Made by a program: the position numbers and the translations under genes. This document shows positions 16,126 to 27,700 of a stretch of 64,000 nucleotides of DNA, one piece after another; position 1 is the stretch's first letter, and every line of letters begins with the position of its first letter. This stretch comes from a virus. Where the stretch lies: IMG/VR virus record IMGVR_UViG_3300031992_000005, positions 256,001 through 320,000 of that record. One strand, given 5' to 3'. The notes below the pieces were generated by a model. That model had not been told where the DNA came from. It saw only the letters and a program-made list of their open reading frames with translations, and searched no databases.

Positions 16126-17295
16126 ATGATTAAGTTTAGACAAAAAAATTTTGTAATTCCATTGGCTGCAGCTACAATTCCACTTACAGTGGCATCTACG
16201 GCATTACCTATGATACAGGCTAGTAAGCAGGGAAAAGAAGCTAAAGAGCAAGCAGAACAAAATGCTATGCTAATGGAAAAACAAAATGCATTAATTAAAC
16301 AGCAAAACAGACAAATTGAAAAACTAGCTATGAAAAATCCTCGTGCATCTGCAGAATTTGGACGAATAAAACAGGCAACGTATTCAGTTGGATCTACACT
16401 GATGGGAATAGGACGTGCAGGTAAAGCTGCCTTTGGGTCAGGATTAAAAGGCAATATAGTATCCGGTTTAGGCATTGCAGGAACTACATATGCCGCAGGA
16501 AAATATATAAGTCATGACATGAAAAAGCAAGGACTTGATTATGATCAGAATGGAAATCTTGTCTCCGCTACTGCACCTTCTCCAACAACCAAAAGCTATT
16601 CAGATCCAGTCACTAGTGCCACAGGTACCGTTGCAAAAAAATCTTTCAAAAATAGAATACTAGGTGGTTTTGGTAAAGTAGGTTCTGCAGTACTTATGGG
16701 AGGGGGACCGGATCTAATGGGATATCACGCTGATAAAAAAGCATTAAGGGATCAGGTAGCAGCAACACAGAGTATGCAACAATCCCCACAAATGACTACA
16801 TATTCATCCACTTCAGTAAAAATATCTAGGCCAAAGAATAGACCTACGCAAAAAAATTTTGCACTAAATCCTATGGGATTGGTAAAATCTGTCATGCCAA
16901 AAGCTGGTTCTATGAACTTAACTGGATCCATAAGATCTCTGGGGACTAAAATGAGTAACATGAGGACGGATTGGGCTAAAAACTGGAAAACAAAAACTAC
17001 AGGCGGTCTTTCATCTCTTACAAGCTTTGGCTTAGGTGGAACAGAGAGTGTTCAAAAATTTGGGCAAAGCTTAAAAAATGAGGGAGGTTCATTAGCAAAA
17101 GTAGGAAACTGGATAGAAAAACATCCAGCTAGAGCTAATTTAGCTTCGACTGTTCCTCTTGCGGCAGCTGCATCTCTAACATGGGATGGAACAGTCAAGG
17201 CAGGAAATGCTATAGGCAAGAAAGTAGATCCATCCGCTTATAAATATAAAGATGCTAAAGCAAAACTTGAACAGCAACAACTACAACAGTATTAA
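16126..17295 (+). CDS. Leader-tagged protein with N-terminal hydrophobic segment
   Basis: N-terminus MIKFRQKNFVIP, followed by LAAATIPLTVASTALPMI and a coiled-coil-like QNAMLMEKQNALIKQQNRQIEKL. Confidence 0.6.
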   Translation: MIKFRQKNFVIPLAAATIPLTVASTALPMIQASKQGKEAKEQAEQNAMLMEKQNALIKQQNRQIEKLAMKNPRASAEFGRIKQATYSVGSTLMGIGRAGKAAFGSGLKGNIVSGLGIAGTTYAAGKYISHDMKKQGLDYDQNGNLVSATAPSPTTKSYSDPVTSATGTVAKKSFKNRILGGFGKVGSAVLMGGGPDLMGYHADKKALRDQVAATQSMQQSPQMTTYSSTSVKISRPKNRPTQKNFALNPMGLVKSVMPKAGSMNLTGSIRSLGTKMSNMRTDWAKNWKTKTTGGLSSLTSFGLGGTESVQKFGQSLKNEGGSLAKVGNWIEKHPARANLASTVPLAAAASLTWDGTVKAGNAIGKKVDPSAYKYKDAKAKLEQQQLQQY

Positions 17296-17300
17296 TTATT

Positions 17301-17705
17301 ATGATCTTATTCAGAAAATATTTTACCCAATGGGATGAAACGGACCAGCTTAAGGGGATGAAAGATTCTGATATATTGGCAGAGAAGAAAAGAAGTACGT
17401 CCTCGCTTGGACCTATGGTCGGCTCAGGCTTGGTGGGTGCATCTATTGGAGGTATTACCGGCGCAGTAAGTGGTGCCATTTCTGGCAGAGGTGCACGAAT
17501 CGCTACTGCAGGTAAAGTGGCTAAAAAGGGTGCAATCTTAGGTGCTGGTATAGGGGCTGCTACTGCTTATCTAAGGAATAAGAAAAAAGCAGATGAAAAC
17601 AAATTCTATAATCAGCGACTTGAATATGCTCAACGTCAAGCCTTAAGAAGAGAGCGAAAGGACTGGAAAACTAACATGACCCAGAGAGATGGCTATTCGT
17701 ACTAA
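17301..17705 (+). CDS. Leader-tagged glycine-zipper protein
   Basis: N-terminus MILFRKYFTQWD. Contains GSGLVGASIGGITGAVSGAISG and GAILGAGIGAATAY. Confidence 0.6.
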   Translation: MILFRKYFTQWDETDQLKGMKDSDILAEKKRSTSSLGPMVGSGLVGASIGGITGAVSGAISGRGARIATAGKVAKKGAILGAGIGAATAYLRNKKKADENKFYNQRLEYAQRQALRRERKDWKTNMTQRDGYSY

Positions 17706-17985
17706 AGCAAAATCAGTGTTGAGTTACGTAAATAAGAACCCAGCATTGATATCTATTCCCGCACTAGGAATTGCGGGAACAAACTTAGCAGTAAATGTTA
17801 ATAAACAAAATAAAAATATTGAATTACAGGGACAACAACTTAAAGCAATGAATAACTTAACAAAATCATTGAATAATGTTGATGGAACTATAAAGAAAAG
17901 TATTAATAATACTGGGACAGTAAAACCTGAACAGAAGAGAGATGGAAGTATTTTATCCAATCTTTTTAATAAAAACAAAAGATAG
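17689..17985 (+). CDS. Small membrane-type protein with weak leader
   Basis: N-terminus MAIRTKAKSVLS. Hydrophobic NPALISIPALGIAGTNLAV. Overlaps the upstream gene by 17 nt. Confidence 0.45.
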   Translation: MAIRTKAKSVLSYVNKNPALISIPALGIAGTNLAVNVNKQNKNIELQGQQLKAMNNLTKSLNNVDGTIKKSINNTGTVKPEQKRDGSILSNLFNKNKR

Positions 17986-17987
17986 CA

Positions 17988-18230
17988 ATGGAAGAGAATG
18001 AAGTTGAAGTTGTAGTTAATGACTTTCTTTCGTCAGCCGACGATCTATTAAAGAATGAGAACTCTACGTTTGTGACTAGAACTGCACAAAGAGTTGAGCT
18101 CGATTATGAGGTACCTGTAAATAAGGATCTCGTAGGTGAACCTATTCATGCAGGTATTTGGGATGAAACATTGGGTGAGGTAGTATCTTCTGTTTCCAAT
18201 GAAGAAACAGAACCTGAGCCTGGACAGTAA
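17988..18230 (+). CDS. Small acidic hypothetical protein (no leader)
   Basis: 80-aa ORF, E/D-rich, followed by a hairpin terminator. Confidence 0.45.
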   Translation: MEENEVEVVVNDFLSSADDLLKNENSTFVTRTAQRVELDYEVPVNKDLVGEPIHAGIWDETLGEVVSSVSNEETEPEPGQ

Positions 18231-18245
18231 ATCCATAAAATAATC

Positions 18246-18276
18246 AGGGAAATTAATTTCCCTTACTGAGATTTTT
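18246..18276 (+). terminator. Palindromic hairpin plus T-run
   Basis: AGGGAAATTAATTTCCCT is a perfect palindrome (18246-18263), followed by TACTGAGATTTTT. Confidence 0.5.
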
Positions 18277-18960
18277 ATGATAAAATTTAAACGAAAAGAG
18301 TTTAGTAATTATATTTTATCTAATACTATAAAAGGGGCAAGCATTGGTGCTACTATAGGTACTGGAATGGCTGGTTTGAACTTATCTGATAATATGAGGG
18401 GAGATAATTGGTTTGCAAGAACATATAATAGTCAGGCCAGAAATAGCAATGATAGAAGTTACCCCAAACAAACCACCAACCAAAAACTCCTTATTGCTGC
18501 TGCAGGTACCCTAATCGGAGCTGCTCTTGGTGCTATTGTAGGTACTGTCAAGGCTGTTACAGAAAAAACATCTCAGCATGGTACTGATCATAGACTTCTT
18601 AAAGATGTAATGAAAACATTAAGTTCCCTAGGTTACAAAGAAGGTATTGACTATACAAGAGATCCTGAAACTGCAAATAGGCTAAAAACAAGGGTTTGTC
18701 TGGTTATTACAAGAGATGCAGCTAATATCTCCCTCCTAGTAAATATGGTGAATGATAATAAGCTCTCTAAGGATGCAGATAAAATTCTTAGAAGTTTACC
18801 AGGAAAACCTCAGATAAGATATAGTAGAACAACTGATAAATATAATGACATTACAATCTCTACTATTTCTAAGTCCGGCTCAAATGCAGACTTAGTGACG
18901 AATATAGTAGATGGATTTATTAAAGCAGGTTATCCAGTTTACCTAGTTGAAGTAGGATAA
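18277..18960 (+). CDS. Leader-tagged protein with two glycine-rich hydrophobic segments
   Basis: N-terminus MIKFKRKEFSNY. Contains GASIGATIGTGMAGL and LLIAAAGTLIGAALGAIVGTV. Confidence 0.6.
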   Translation: MIKFKRKEFSNYILSNTIKGASIGATIGTGMAGLNLSDNMRGDNWFARTYNSQARNSNDRSYPKQTTNQKLLIAAAGTLIGAALGAIVGTVKAVTEKTSQHGTDHRLLKDVMKTLSSLGYKEGIDYTRDPETANRLKTRVCLVITRDAANISLLVNMVNDNKLSKDADKILRSLPGKPQIRYSRTTDKYNDITISTISKSGSNADLVTNIVDGFIKAGYPVYLVEVG

Positions 18961-19002
18961 AGGATAACAAAAAACATGTTAAAAACTATTTAAAACATAA
19001 AT

Positions 19003-21228
19003 ATGGCACAGTGGAAAGAAACTCTTGAACCCTATATTAGAGTTCATGAGAAAATTAAGGTTGCAGCACTTAACCCAGTAGCAGGTGAAGATTTAATCAT
19101 CGGGTGTGCATTTATTTCCGATGCAGGACCATCTCTACCTACACTTATTACTAGTCAGAAGGAATTCTTAGAGACTTATTCTTCTCAGGATATTACCGAG
19201 GATTATATTACTAGTCTCGATGATTTCTATACAAACGCTACGACAGGTGGTGATCCTCATCTAGGATCTACTATGTGGCTTAATGCATATCGTTTGGCTG
19301 GTTCTAATACTCTCTTGGCAGTGCGTGCAACAAAAGCAAAGGACCTTTATTACGCTAAGACAAGCGCTTACCCTAACGACGATTATATAGTACGTGATGG
19401 GCAAGTATTAAAGAAGATAAACGTAGGTGACGGATTAAAGATTTGTTACGATAGCGATGAAGATAGTGCAGACTGGAAGAAATTAGGTTGGGCTATTAAA
19501 CTAAGAAATATCGGTATAGTAGGTAACCTAGTAACTGAAGATGGAGTTAAATATGATTATTACGTAGATAATTTGTTTGACCTAGTTGAATATCTCAATG
19601 ATACTAGTGTATTCTTTAGTCCTAATTATGAATTTCACGACAATATTAATCAGGATGACGGAACACCCCAAACCCCAAGTACAACTAAAATATCAGAAGA
19701 TGCACTTCGAAACGGTGACAAGGAGAAAAATACTGTAAAAGCAGTAGTATTTAAGGAACTTTACTTAGGTAGTCGTATCCTAGATGCACTCGACCTTACC
19801 GGCTCAACTACTGAAGAAAGCAATGCTGAATATGGACTCATGAACATAATAGTTGGTCAATCTACTTGGACATCAGGTAATGAGTCACAGCCAGTTATTG
19901 CACTAAATGATGCAAATCATTCAGGTTTTGATCAGAAGAGTACTCTTGATAAAGGCTATGTAACTAACGTGTATAATTCAGCTACTAAGCTAGAAGTTAG
20001 AATTAGACGTTTTAATCATGATGCTGTAGCTACTAAACAGTTAACTAAACCAGATTCTAGTAGGGGCGGAAATTCTCCATATACAGTAGTATTACCTAAT
20101 TCTCTTTCGGCTTTAAACGTAAAGAGGGATTTTTACGAAATTGCCGTTTTTGATCCAAGTGTTAGTGGAGAATCCTTGTATTTTAACCTAGGTACTGTAC
20201 TGAGCTTAGGTGATATGGAATTAGTTGATATAAATAATTCCCTTAAGATGGTACAGATAACTTTGCCTGATAAACTTAGTGATCTTGGATTAGATTATTA
20301 TGGCTCAGCAGGTTCTACTCAGGAGTACTATTACGATTTAAAGCTAGATCCCGATAACACATCTCTTCTAGATGTATCCAACTCTGATATACTCAAGGCA
20401 TTAGATCAGATTCCTCTTAACGAAGTTTATACTGTAGAGGGACTCACTGACCTTGGTTGTACAGAGCCAATGGTTCAGTCTTACATGGCTAATATGGCTA
20501 TTAACGATAACTTCTTCTATCCAATTTCAACAGTTAATAGCACAAACTACTTAGCTATCGCTAATTCTATCCTACGTATTAGTCAGGATTTCTATAAGCT
20601 GTATGCAAGTGCACCTTGGGACGTGGATACTGGCACAATGGGTTGGAAGTTCTATTGCTCACCTAGTGTTCTTTACTGGGAAACCGTAGGTAGAAACAGA
20701 CGTCTTGGTAGAGAGTTTGCTCCAGTTCTTGGTCAGACTAATGGTATTGCACAATATCAGAAGCCTGTAGCTGAATTCAATAAGAAGACCCGTCAGCTAC
20801 TCCTTTCTAAGAAGATCAATACTGTTCTTTGGGATGTTCAGACTCAAGCTTGGGATTGGAACGACAACTATACAAAGCAGACTGAAAACAACATTATGTC
20901 TGATGAGGCTAATAGCCGCCTGATGATTCGTATTAGCAAGGCTATGCCAGTACTTCTCCGTCAGTTTATTGGTAGAAGAATTGGTGCTGTCCTTTGGAAT
21001 GACATGTATAATGTAATCGACTACTGGTTTAAGACTACTATTCTAGGCATGACTTATACAATTGATGGTTATAGAATTACAATTGATGAGTCTAACAATA
21101 CCCCAGAAGATGCTCGTGCAAATCGAGTGAACGTCTTAGTGGAAGTTCGTTATCAGAGAGCTGCTAAGTATATTGAAGTTTATAACAACGCATTCGACGT
21201 TGGTATGGAATTCGACGGCATTATGTAA
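19003..21228 (+). CDS. Tail sheath protein paralogue 1 (T4 gp18-like)
   Basis: 741 aa. The N-terminal pattern ITSQKEFLETYSS ... WLNAYRLAGSNTLLAVRATKAKD parallels T4 gp18 NEVDLVNTFG ... NFLQYGNDLRVVRAVDRD. The C-terminal YRITIDESNNTPEDARANRVNVLVEVRYQRAAKYIEVYN parallels gp18 YRVVCDTTNNTPSVIDRNEFVATFYIQPARSINYITLNF. Confidence 0.7.
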   Translation: MAQWKETLEPYIRVHEKIKVAALNPVAGEDLIIGCAFISDAGPSLPTLITSQKEFLETYSSQDITEDYITSLDDFYTNATTGGDPHLGSTMWLNAYRLAGSNTLLAVRATKAKDLYYAKTSAYPNDDYIVRDGQVLKKINVGDGLKICYDSDEDSADWKKLGWAIKLRNIGIVGNLVTEDGVKYDYYVDNLFDLVEYLNDTSVFFSPNYEFHDNINQDDGTPQTPSTTKISEDALRNGDKEKNTVKAVVFKELYLGSRILDALDLTGSTTEESNAEYGLMNIIVGQSTWTSGNESQPVIALNDANHSGFDQKSTLDKGYVTNVYNSATKLEVRIRRFNHDAVATKQLTKPDSSRGGNSPYTVVLPNSLSALNVKRDFYEIAVFDPSVSGESLYFNLGTVLSLGDMELVDINNSLKMVQITLPDKLSDLGLDYYGSAGSTQEYYYDLKLDPDNTSLLDVSNSDILKALDQIPLNEVYTVEGLTDLGCTEPMVQSYMANMAINDNFFYPISTVNSTNYLAIANSILRISQDFYKLYASAPWDVDTGTMGWKFYCSPSVLYWETVGRNRRLGREFAPVLGQTNGIAQYQKPVAEFNKKTRQLLLSKKINTVLWDVQTQAWDWNDNYTKQTENNIMSDEANSRLMIRISKAMPVLLRQFIGRRIGAVLWNDMYNVIDYWFKTTILGMTYTIDGYRITIDESNNTPEDARANRVNVLVEVRYQRAAKYIEVYNNAFDVGMEFDGIM

Positions 21229-21240
21229 TTATAATTTAAT

Positions 21241-21285
21241 GGGTAATACCTCATTTTGATGGTGGGGTATTACTCAATTTTTATT
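21241..21285 (+). terminator. Hairpin terminator after sheath paralogue 1
   Basis: GGGTAATACC (21241-21250) pairs with GGTATTACTC (21266-21275), including one G-U pair, followed by AATTTTTATT. Confidence 0.55.
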
Positions 21286-21291
21286 CAATAT

Positions 21292-22089
21292 ATGGATAAG
21301 ACATTATTAGTAGATCTCAAAAAGAAGATGTTCATGAGATCTGCCTTAATCTCCTTAGAGGATTCATTGGATGATGTTCTATCGCTTAGTGCTTCATTGA
21401 CAGCGGATGAGATTCTCCTAGAGATTATCAAAAAAGCTCTAAGGGAATTCGAACTAACTAATCCACTTATCCTTGAAATGCCAATGTCTAGGGAACAGAT
21501 GTTAAGTTGTACTGCTCCCAATGGCTTCCTAGAAGTAAAAAGTAATTTTACTCTATACTTAAAGTGCATGATTCCGGAATATAGGATTATCCTAGTTCCA
21601 GTATCAATGCCATGTTGGAGAGTAGGAGATAATTCTGTAACAACTAATTTCTCCTCTTATATAGGAGGTACTAGTATTCCTCAACCAGGTGCTTATACTT
21701 ACTTTACTGAATATAGAAAACCTTATGTCTTTGTAGGTGACTTAGGCTTATTGCAAGGATTGGGGGGTAGTGGTATTATAATGAAAGGTATTTGTAGCAG
21801 ACCAATAACTCCGGATTGGACAGAAGATAAGAAGTTTAATTCAGCATCGGAAACATCTGCCGTATATTGGATGGATGTAGAGACTGGAGGTGCAAGAGGT
21901 AACTACTTCATGGATCTCTGTATGGTTCATCTCTTAGACTATATCCGTCAATTAAAGGCATCTATTTCACTCAACAATGTATCAGTTGATGTTATGGGTA
22001 ATGTTGATTCAGCTTATCAAGAGCTTCGAAGTAGGTGTGACCAATATGCATTACAATCTGGATGGTATGGCGAACTATTATATAACTAG
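21292..22089 (+). CDS. Hypothetical structural protein
   Basis: The ORF track starts at TTG 21256, inside the terminator hairpin. The in-frame ATG at 21292 (MDKTLLVDLKK) is the more plausible start. Confidence 0.5.
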   Translation: MDKTLLVDLKKKMFMRSALISLEDSLDDVLSLSASLTADEILLEIIKKALREFELTNPLILEMPMSREQMLSCTAPNGFLEVKSNFTLYLKCMIPEYRIILVPVSMPCWRVGDNSVTTNFSSYIGGTSIPQPGAYTYFTEYRKPYVFVGDLGLLQGLGGSGIIMKGICSRPITPDWTEDKKFNSASETSAVYWMDVETGGARGNYFMDLCMVHLLDYIRQLKASISLNNVSVDVMGNVDSAYQELRSRCDQYALQSGWYGELLYN

Positions 22090-22092
22090 TAT

Positions 22093-22647
22093 ATGATTAT
22101 ACTCAGACAAAAAGAATATGCTTCGAGATTATTGAAAGCTGTAAGATCAGTCAAACGAGCAGGAAATAGTGCTATGACTGTGATTGACAATGCAGGTTTA
22201 AAAACAGGTAATACTATTAAAAAGTTCGTTACCGGTAAGAGTATTCCTGCACAAGTAGAGGCTAATTTTAAGCCTAAAACCAACTTCCAAATTAACAGAG
22301 AAACGGTTAAAGCAAAAAACGTCGTAAAAGATGCTGCAAACGCAGTTAAAGAACGCCCCGGTGCAGTACTCGATGATGGTATAAGTTTTGCAGCCAAGAA
22401 TCCAATTGCAGCTGCAGGGCAAGTGGGAAGTGTTGCTCTTCCTTTGGCTGATCCAGTATTTTTGGGCGTCCCTATAGGCACGCCTTCAGCTGTTATTGAC
22501 GTAACAGCAAAGAAGTTTATTAAGCCATATGATAAATATACAGAAAGAATTTCAAGAGCATACGATAGATCCAATTTCAGTAGGAATCTTAGAAGAATGC
22601 CTAATGCAACTGAAGTGATTGATAACATAAAGAGGAAATTTAAATAA
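22093..22647 (+). CDS. Leader-tagged hypothetical protein
   Basis: N-terminus MIILRQKEYASR. The mirror ORF on the minus strand (22086..22628) is rejected. Confidence 0.6.
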   Translation: MIILRQKEYASRLLKAVRSVKRAGNSAMTVIDNAGLKTGNTIKKFVTGKSIPAQVEANFKPKTNFQINRETVKAKNVVKDAANAVKERPGAVLDDGISFAAKNPIAAAGQVGSVALPLADPVFLGVPIGTPSAVIDVTAKKFIKPYDKYTERISRAYDRSNFSRNLRRMPNATEVIDNIKRKFK

Positions 22648-22666
22648 TAAACATGAAGAAAGGTGT

Positions 22667-24274
22667 ATGATAAAATTTAAAAAAAAAGAATTTACCATAC
22701 CTGAAGGACATTACACTGGCCCAAAAGACCTAACTGAAATTCCCGGAACTGTTGAAATGATAAAGAAGGGTATTGGTATTGGGGCGGTTACTGGTGGAAT
22801 AGCTGGAGGTGTAGTAAAGGATTCTTCTATAATTGAAGGAGCCTTATCAGGAGCTAAAGTAGGAACTATCGGTGGAATAGCTGCAAAACTCTTGTTGAAT
22901 TATATACATAAACCAATGACTACGATTAAATACCAAGAGGTAGATAAGACTATACGTAGACAATTCGGTATTTATCAGATTTCTGGATTTACTTTAGGCG
23001 ACAATACAATTAATAAAGGAAATATAAGGGATAAGTTCAGTTATAATGACAGAAATGTAAGTGACTATAAAATAAATTTTGCGATTTACAACAATAAGGT
23101 CACTATGTACACCTTTGGAATTACAAAAAATGAGCTAGACGGTATATCAAAAATTTTGGACGAATATTGTAAGAAATATTATGCAATGGAATATTCAGCT
23201 AAACTCATTAATCAAAAAGTATACTCTTATTCGGTAGATATTACGTTTACTAATTATCAAGTGATCAGTAATTTTATTATGGAATTGAGTAATTTTATTA
23301 ATAGTAAGATTAATCTATTGGATAATAATGCAATAATAGGGCCTAGATTACTAGAGAGTGCTGAACAGAAGAATGACTTAACTGAGGAAGAAAAAACCTA
23401 CTCTGTTAGTTCAATAAATAAATATGATTTAATAAAAATTCTGACAAAAGGTGCCACAATAGGTTTCAATATTGCAAGTTTAGCAAAAGGAAGCGCTTCA
23501 ACTGCAATTTTAGCATTAATTGCGGAAGGAATTAAACACCTTGGAAAAAATGAAATTAATAAAATTGCCGGAAATTCTGGACAGAAAATAGCTGACTTAA
23601 ATAACATATTTTTGGAAAGTGAGCTCAATAAACTTCATTACGTAGATGGTTTTAATTATACTACTGGAAATGAGGCTAATAAATTAAACATATCTCTAAA
23701 TTCAGGAATTTTTATTATAACCGCAGTTAAAGATCTGGAAGAGGAACTTGATAAGAAGATTTGGAAAACTTTTCCTGGAAAAGTGAACAAATCGAAAATT
23801 AGTGGAATTAGTGTTTATTCTTATGTAGTAAAAAATATCAGTGAATTCGAGATGTTACTAAATAAGGTAATGTCTGTAGGTGGTAGTAATGTTAAACCAA
23901 ACTTATTTGATAATTCTGCTTTTAAGAAAAAGAAACTATTTTCAAACAATATGGTAGAAAAATTAACAGATAATTTAGAAAAAGATGGATTAGAGGATTT
24001 TGAAATTAGTGATAGAATCCCCAAGGATGTAATTAGTATTACTACTGATTTAAAGAATATCAGTATTTACATTCCATTTGACCTAGATTATGCCCAGTAC
24101 GAAATTGATGACGAAATCAGACGGAATGCTAAGTTTCTTAGAACAAAAACAGTTCTAGATAGAAATATATATAGAATGACATTAATAGGTGGAACACTAA
24201 CCTTTAGCCAGTATTACAATGTCGTTAAATATATAATAAAGGAGCTAGGATTTTGTACTTTATTAGATCAATAA
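22667..24274 (+). CDS. Leader-tagged 535-aa protein with N-terminal glycine-zipper segment
   Basis: N-terminus MIKFKKKEFTIP (an in-frame A9 run encodes KKK). Contains GIGIGAVTGGIAGGVV ... GAKVGTIGGIAAKLL and an internal leader-like KKKKLFSNN. Confidence 0.6.
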   Translation: MIKFKKKEFTIPEGHYTGPKDLTEIPGTVEMIKKGIGIGAVTGGIAGGVVKDSSIIEGALSGAKVGTIGGIAAKLLLNYIHKPMTTIKYQEVDKTIRRQFGIYQISGFTLGDNTINKGNIRDKFSYNDRNVSDYKINFAIYNNKVTMYTFGITKNELDGISKILDEYCKKYYAMEYSAKLINQKVYSYSVDITFTNYQVISNFIMELSNFINSKINLLDNNAIIGPRLLESAEQKNDLTEEEKTYSVSSINKYDLIKILTKGATIGFNIASLAKGSASTAILALIAEGIKHLGKNEINKIAGNSGQKIADLNNIFLESELNKLHYVDGFNYTTGNEANKLNISLNSGIFIITAVKDLEEELDKKIWKTFPGKVNKSKISGISVYSYVVKNISEFEMLLNKVMSVGGSNVKPNLFDNSAFKKKKLFSNNMVEKLTDNLEKDGLEDFEISDRIPKDVISITTDLKNISIYIPFDLDYAQYEIDDEIRRNAKFLRTKTVLDRNIYRMTLIGGTLTFSQYYNVVKYIIKELGFCTLLDQ

Positions 24275-24278
24275 TATT

Positions 24279-24716
24279 ATGTCAGCAGAAAGTATGACCT
24301 CCAGACTATTTGATAAAGCCCAATCTTTATATCAAATAGGTTTAAAACAAATAAAAGTTCAGTTAGCCCTCAATGGCACTAAATTCATTGTCCTCAGACC
24401 AAAAGATAATTCTAAGTGGAAGAGTGTATTTGGGGGTTCATACTCCTCTGATAGTACCTTAGAAAATGACTACGAGCAATTTGATACAGTACTTGTAGTT
24501 AATACTGGTGATATGAAGGATGTATGGAATAGAAACCGAGATTCCTTAGATGCTTGGACAAACGATGGATCTTTGGAAGTTGGCGATGAACTTCAGTATA
24601 CCAGAGATGGGAGAACTTATAGATTCAAAATTTCTCTAAAACAAAGTTTTAGTGAAGCTGCATCATCGTTATTTGAATATACTCTTATGAGTATCATTGA
24701 AACATTGGATATGTAA
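24279..24716 (+). CDS. Hypothetical small structural protein (possible head-tail joining/neck component)
   Basis: 145-aa ORF just upstream of the giant tube-fold protein. The assignment rests on position and size only. Confidence 0.35.
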   Translation: MSAESMTSRLFDKAQSLYQIGLKQIKVQLALNGTKFIVLRPKDNSKWKSVFGGSYSSDSTLENDYEQFDTVLVVNTGDMKDVWNRNRDSLDAWTNDGSLEVGDELQYTRDGRTYRFKISLKQSFSEAASSLFEYTLMSIIETLDM

Positions 24717-24717
24717 A

Positions 24718-27700
24718 ATGGATAAAGAGGTTAAGAGAGATAATATGATCCCAGGGAGTTGTGAAGAATTTACAAGACCTGAGGAAATAAAAGCTCTAAG
24801 TAAATATCTTCGAAAGGTAAAAAAAGATCTTGAGGACAATACTTATTTAATTCGAGATAACCTAGAACTTTATGGTAGAGCAGATGGTAGAACAATGAGG
24901 CATATAGATGAGCTACCCGATAAAGTTGAATCCTTACAAAAGGGAGATCATCCTGAAGTTTCTACCCTCCCTGGATATAAAGAAGTATTAGGTGCTAAGG
25001 ATACTATCGAAGAATTACCTGGAGATAAAATTTCATTAGATGATGTAAGCCAAGAAACCTCCTTAAGTGATCATATAGAAACAATAGAAGTAACTGATAA
25101 ACCTTTTCTCGAAAAGAGACTAGAAATTTTAGAGAATGCTATCAGAGAAGCAGAACTTGAAAATGAAAAGGTATTATTAGAGGACAATACAGAAACTAAG
25201 CTAGATAATTATAAGTCAAGGCTACAGGATACAGAACAAGATATAGAGCTTTCTTCTACTAGAGAAGACCTGGGTAATACTGATAAACCTATAGACCTGC
25301 CAAAGAAAAAAGAAATACTGGAAGATAGCAATAGTAATCCGGACAAGTTAGGAGATTACGTAGAAACACTACATCCAAGCGTAGAGCCACCTCACCTAGA
25401 AGATCATAGAGAGGATCTAATTGTAAAAGACGAAACTAGTTTAAGTAACATTAGTGAGGTTCTTCCTAAGGATGTTGTACTACAGGAACACGAACAGTTT
25501 GATCCTAATAGAGATACTCTTTATGATGCAAATATTGCACGACCTGGAGGAGACAATGATGGGGATTCTACACTAGAAGACTATATAGATCCACTACTAG
25601 GAAAGAGAGAGGATCCTAAGCTTCATGATGAATCAACTATTACAAAAATTCAACCTAAACCTGAAGAAGTTAAACTTCACGACGATTCAACTATCACAAG
25701 AGTTAAGCCAAGTCCGGAGGAGGTTGAATTACATGATGATTCTACTATCACAAGGATTGAACCTAGTCCAGAAGAAGTAGAGTTACATGATGAATCAACT
25801 ATAACAAAAATAAAACCTAGACCTGAAGAGCCAGAGATTCATGATGACTCAACCATAACTCCTATCTTAGGAAAAATACCAGAACCAGAATTATCAGATA
25901 AATCTGAGCAAATTGTTGGTAAAATTCCAACCCCCAGATTAAATGATGATTCAACAATTACAAAGATTCAGCCAGGACCCACCTATCCAGAGCTACACGA
26001 TGATTCAACTATTACGAAGATTCAGCCCAGACCTGAGGAAGTTGAATTACACGATGAGTCTACTATCACCAAAATTCAACCAAGTCCAGAAGAAGTTGAA
26101 TTACACGATGAGTCTACTATCACAAAGATTCAGCCTAAACCTGAGGAAGTAGGGCTACATGATGAATCTACAGTAGTTCAAATAGAACCTTCTCCCGAGG
26201 AAGTAGAGTTACATGACGAATCAACAAGAACATCCATAGATGATGCAGCTTCAGGAGAACATGCGCAGTTTAATCCGAACGGAGATTCTTTATACGATGC
26301 TAATATTATCCTCCCAGGTAATATAGTAGATCCTGAGTTACATGACGATTCAACAGTAACTAAAATTCAACCAAGTCCGGAGGAAGTAGAATTACATGAT
26401 GAATCTACTGTAACTAAGATAGAACCAAGTCCTGAAGAAGTAGAGCTCCACGATGAATCTACTATAGTTCAGATAGAGCCTGGACCTGAGGAAGTTGAAC
26501 TTCACGACGATTCCACTATTACAAGAATAGAACCTAGTCCAGAGGAAGTTGAATTACATGATGATTCTACTGTAACTAAGATAGAACCTAGTCCAGAAGA
26601 AGTTGAATTACATGACGAATCTACTATTACTAGGATTGAACCTAGTCCAGAAGAAGTTGAATTGCACGATGATTCTACGATAACTAAGATAGAGCCTAGT
26701 CCTGAAGAGGTAGAGTTACATAATGAATCTACAGTAACCAAGATAGAACCTAGTCCAGTTGATCCTGAACTTCATGATAATTCTACTATCACTAAAATAG
26801 AACCTAGTCCTGAAGGGGTTGAACTTCATGACGAATCTACTATTACTAAGATAGGTCCAAATCCAGATCCTGAGTTACATGATGATTCAACAGTAACTAA
26901 AATTCAACCCGAACCTGAAGAGGTAGAGTTAACGGGTAGTTCGTCTATTTCTCACTTAGATATTCCAAAAGAACTATCTACAGAAGTACAGGTTAAGTTT
27001 GACCCAAATATAAATAAGCATACCGCTAGAACCAGTGGTATCCCATCAGAGAATCCTATCGGTTGGGGAGAAACTTTAGATGATATTGTAGAAGATATTG
27101 TAGGTGATATTCCGGAAAATTCACTATCAGAGAAAAAGGTCGAATTAGAGGATACTAGTCCTGAGGATAGCATTGAAAAACATAAAGAACTCTTAATAGA
27201 TACTAGCCCTGAAGATAGTATTGAAAAACATAAAGAACTTCTGATAGATACTAGTCCTGAGGATAAGTTGGTCAGCAAAAAGATAATTGAGGAAAATAAT
27301 ATAGAGGCTGATGAGGAAAAGTTTGTACCATACTTAGAGGCAAAAAGAAAGAAAAAACTAGAAGGCTGGGTAAAAGAAAAAAGAAGACAAGTTGACCTAG
27401 AAACTAAAGTAGTTCCTGGTATTCCTGCCCCTACTAATTCTCTTGCAGATGGTCCAGTAGAAGATTTAATTAGGGATATTAGTATGTTAAGGGATAAAGA
27501 TCTCAATGTTTATTACCAAAACATACTTAAGTTCGCGAATGACAATGTAAAGAATTTAGGGAAATGGGGAGAAAAGGCCAGAAGTATTATGTCATCCCTT
27601 GCATCTTCTAAAATGACTTCTGAAGATCTAGAAAACTTTGAAAAAAGACTGTATGGTTCAATAATTCTAGAAGATTACGCAACTAGAAAAGAGGATAGAA

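Noticed and set aside
25612-26925. A regular 54-nt repeat array that could superficially resemble a CRISPR array or satellite.
   Set aside because: The units are directly adjacent with no spacers. They are in frame within a 1536-codon ORF and differ mainly at synonymous or conservative positions, so this is a coding peptide repeat.
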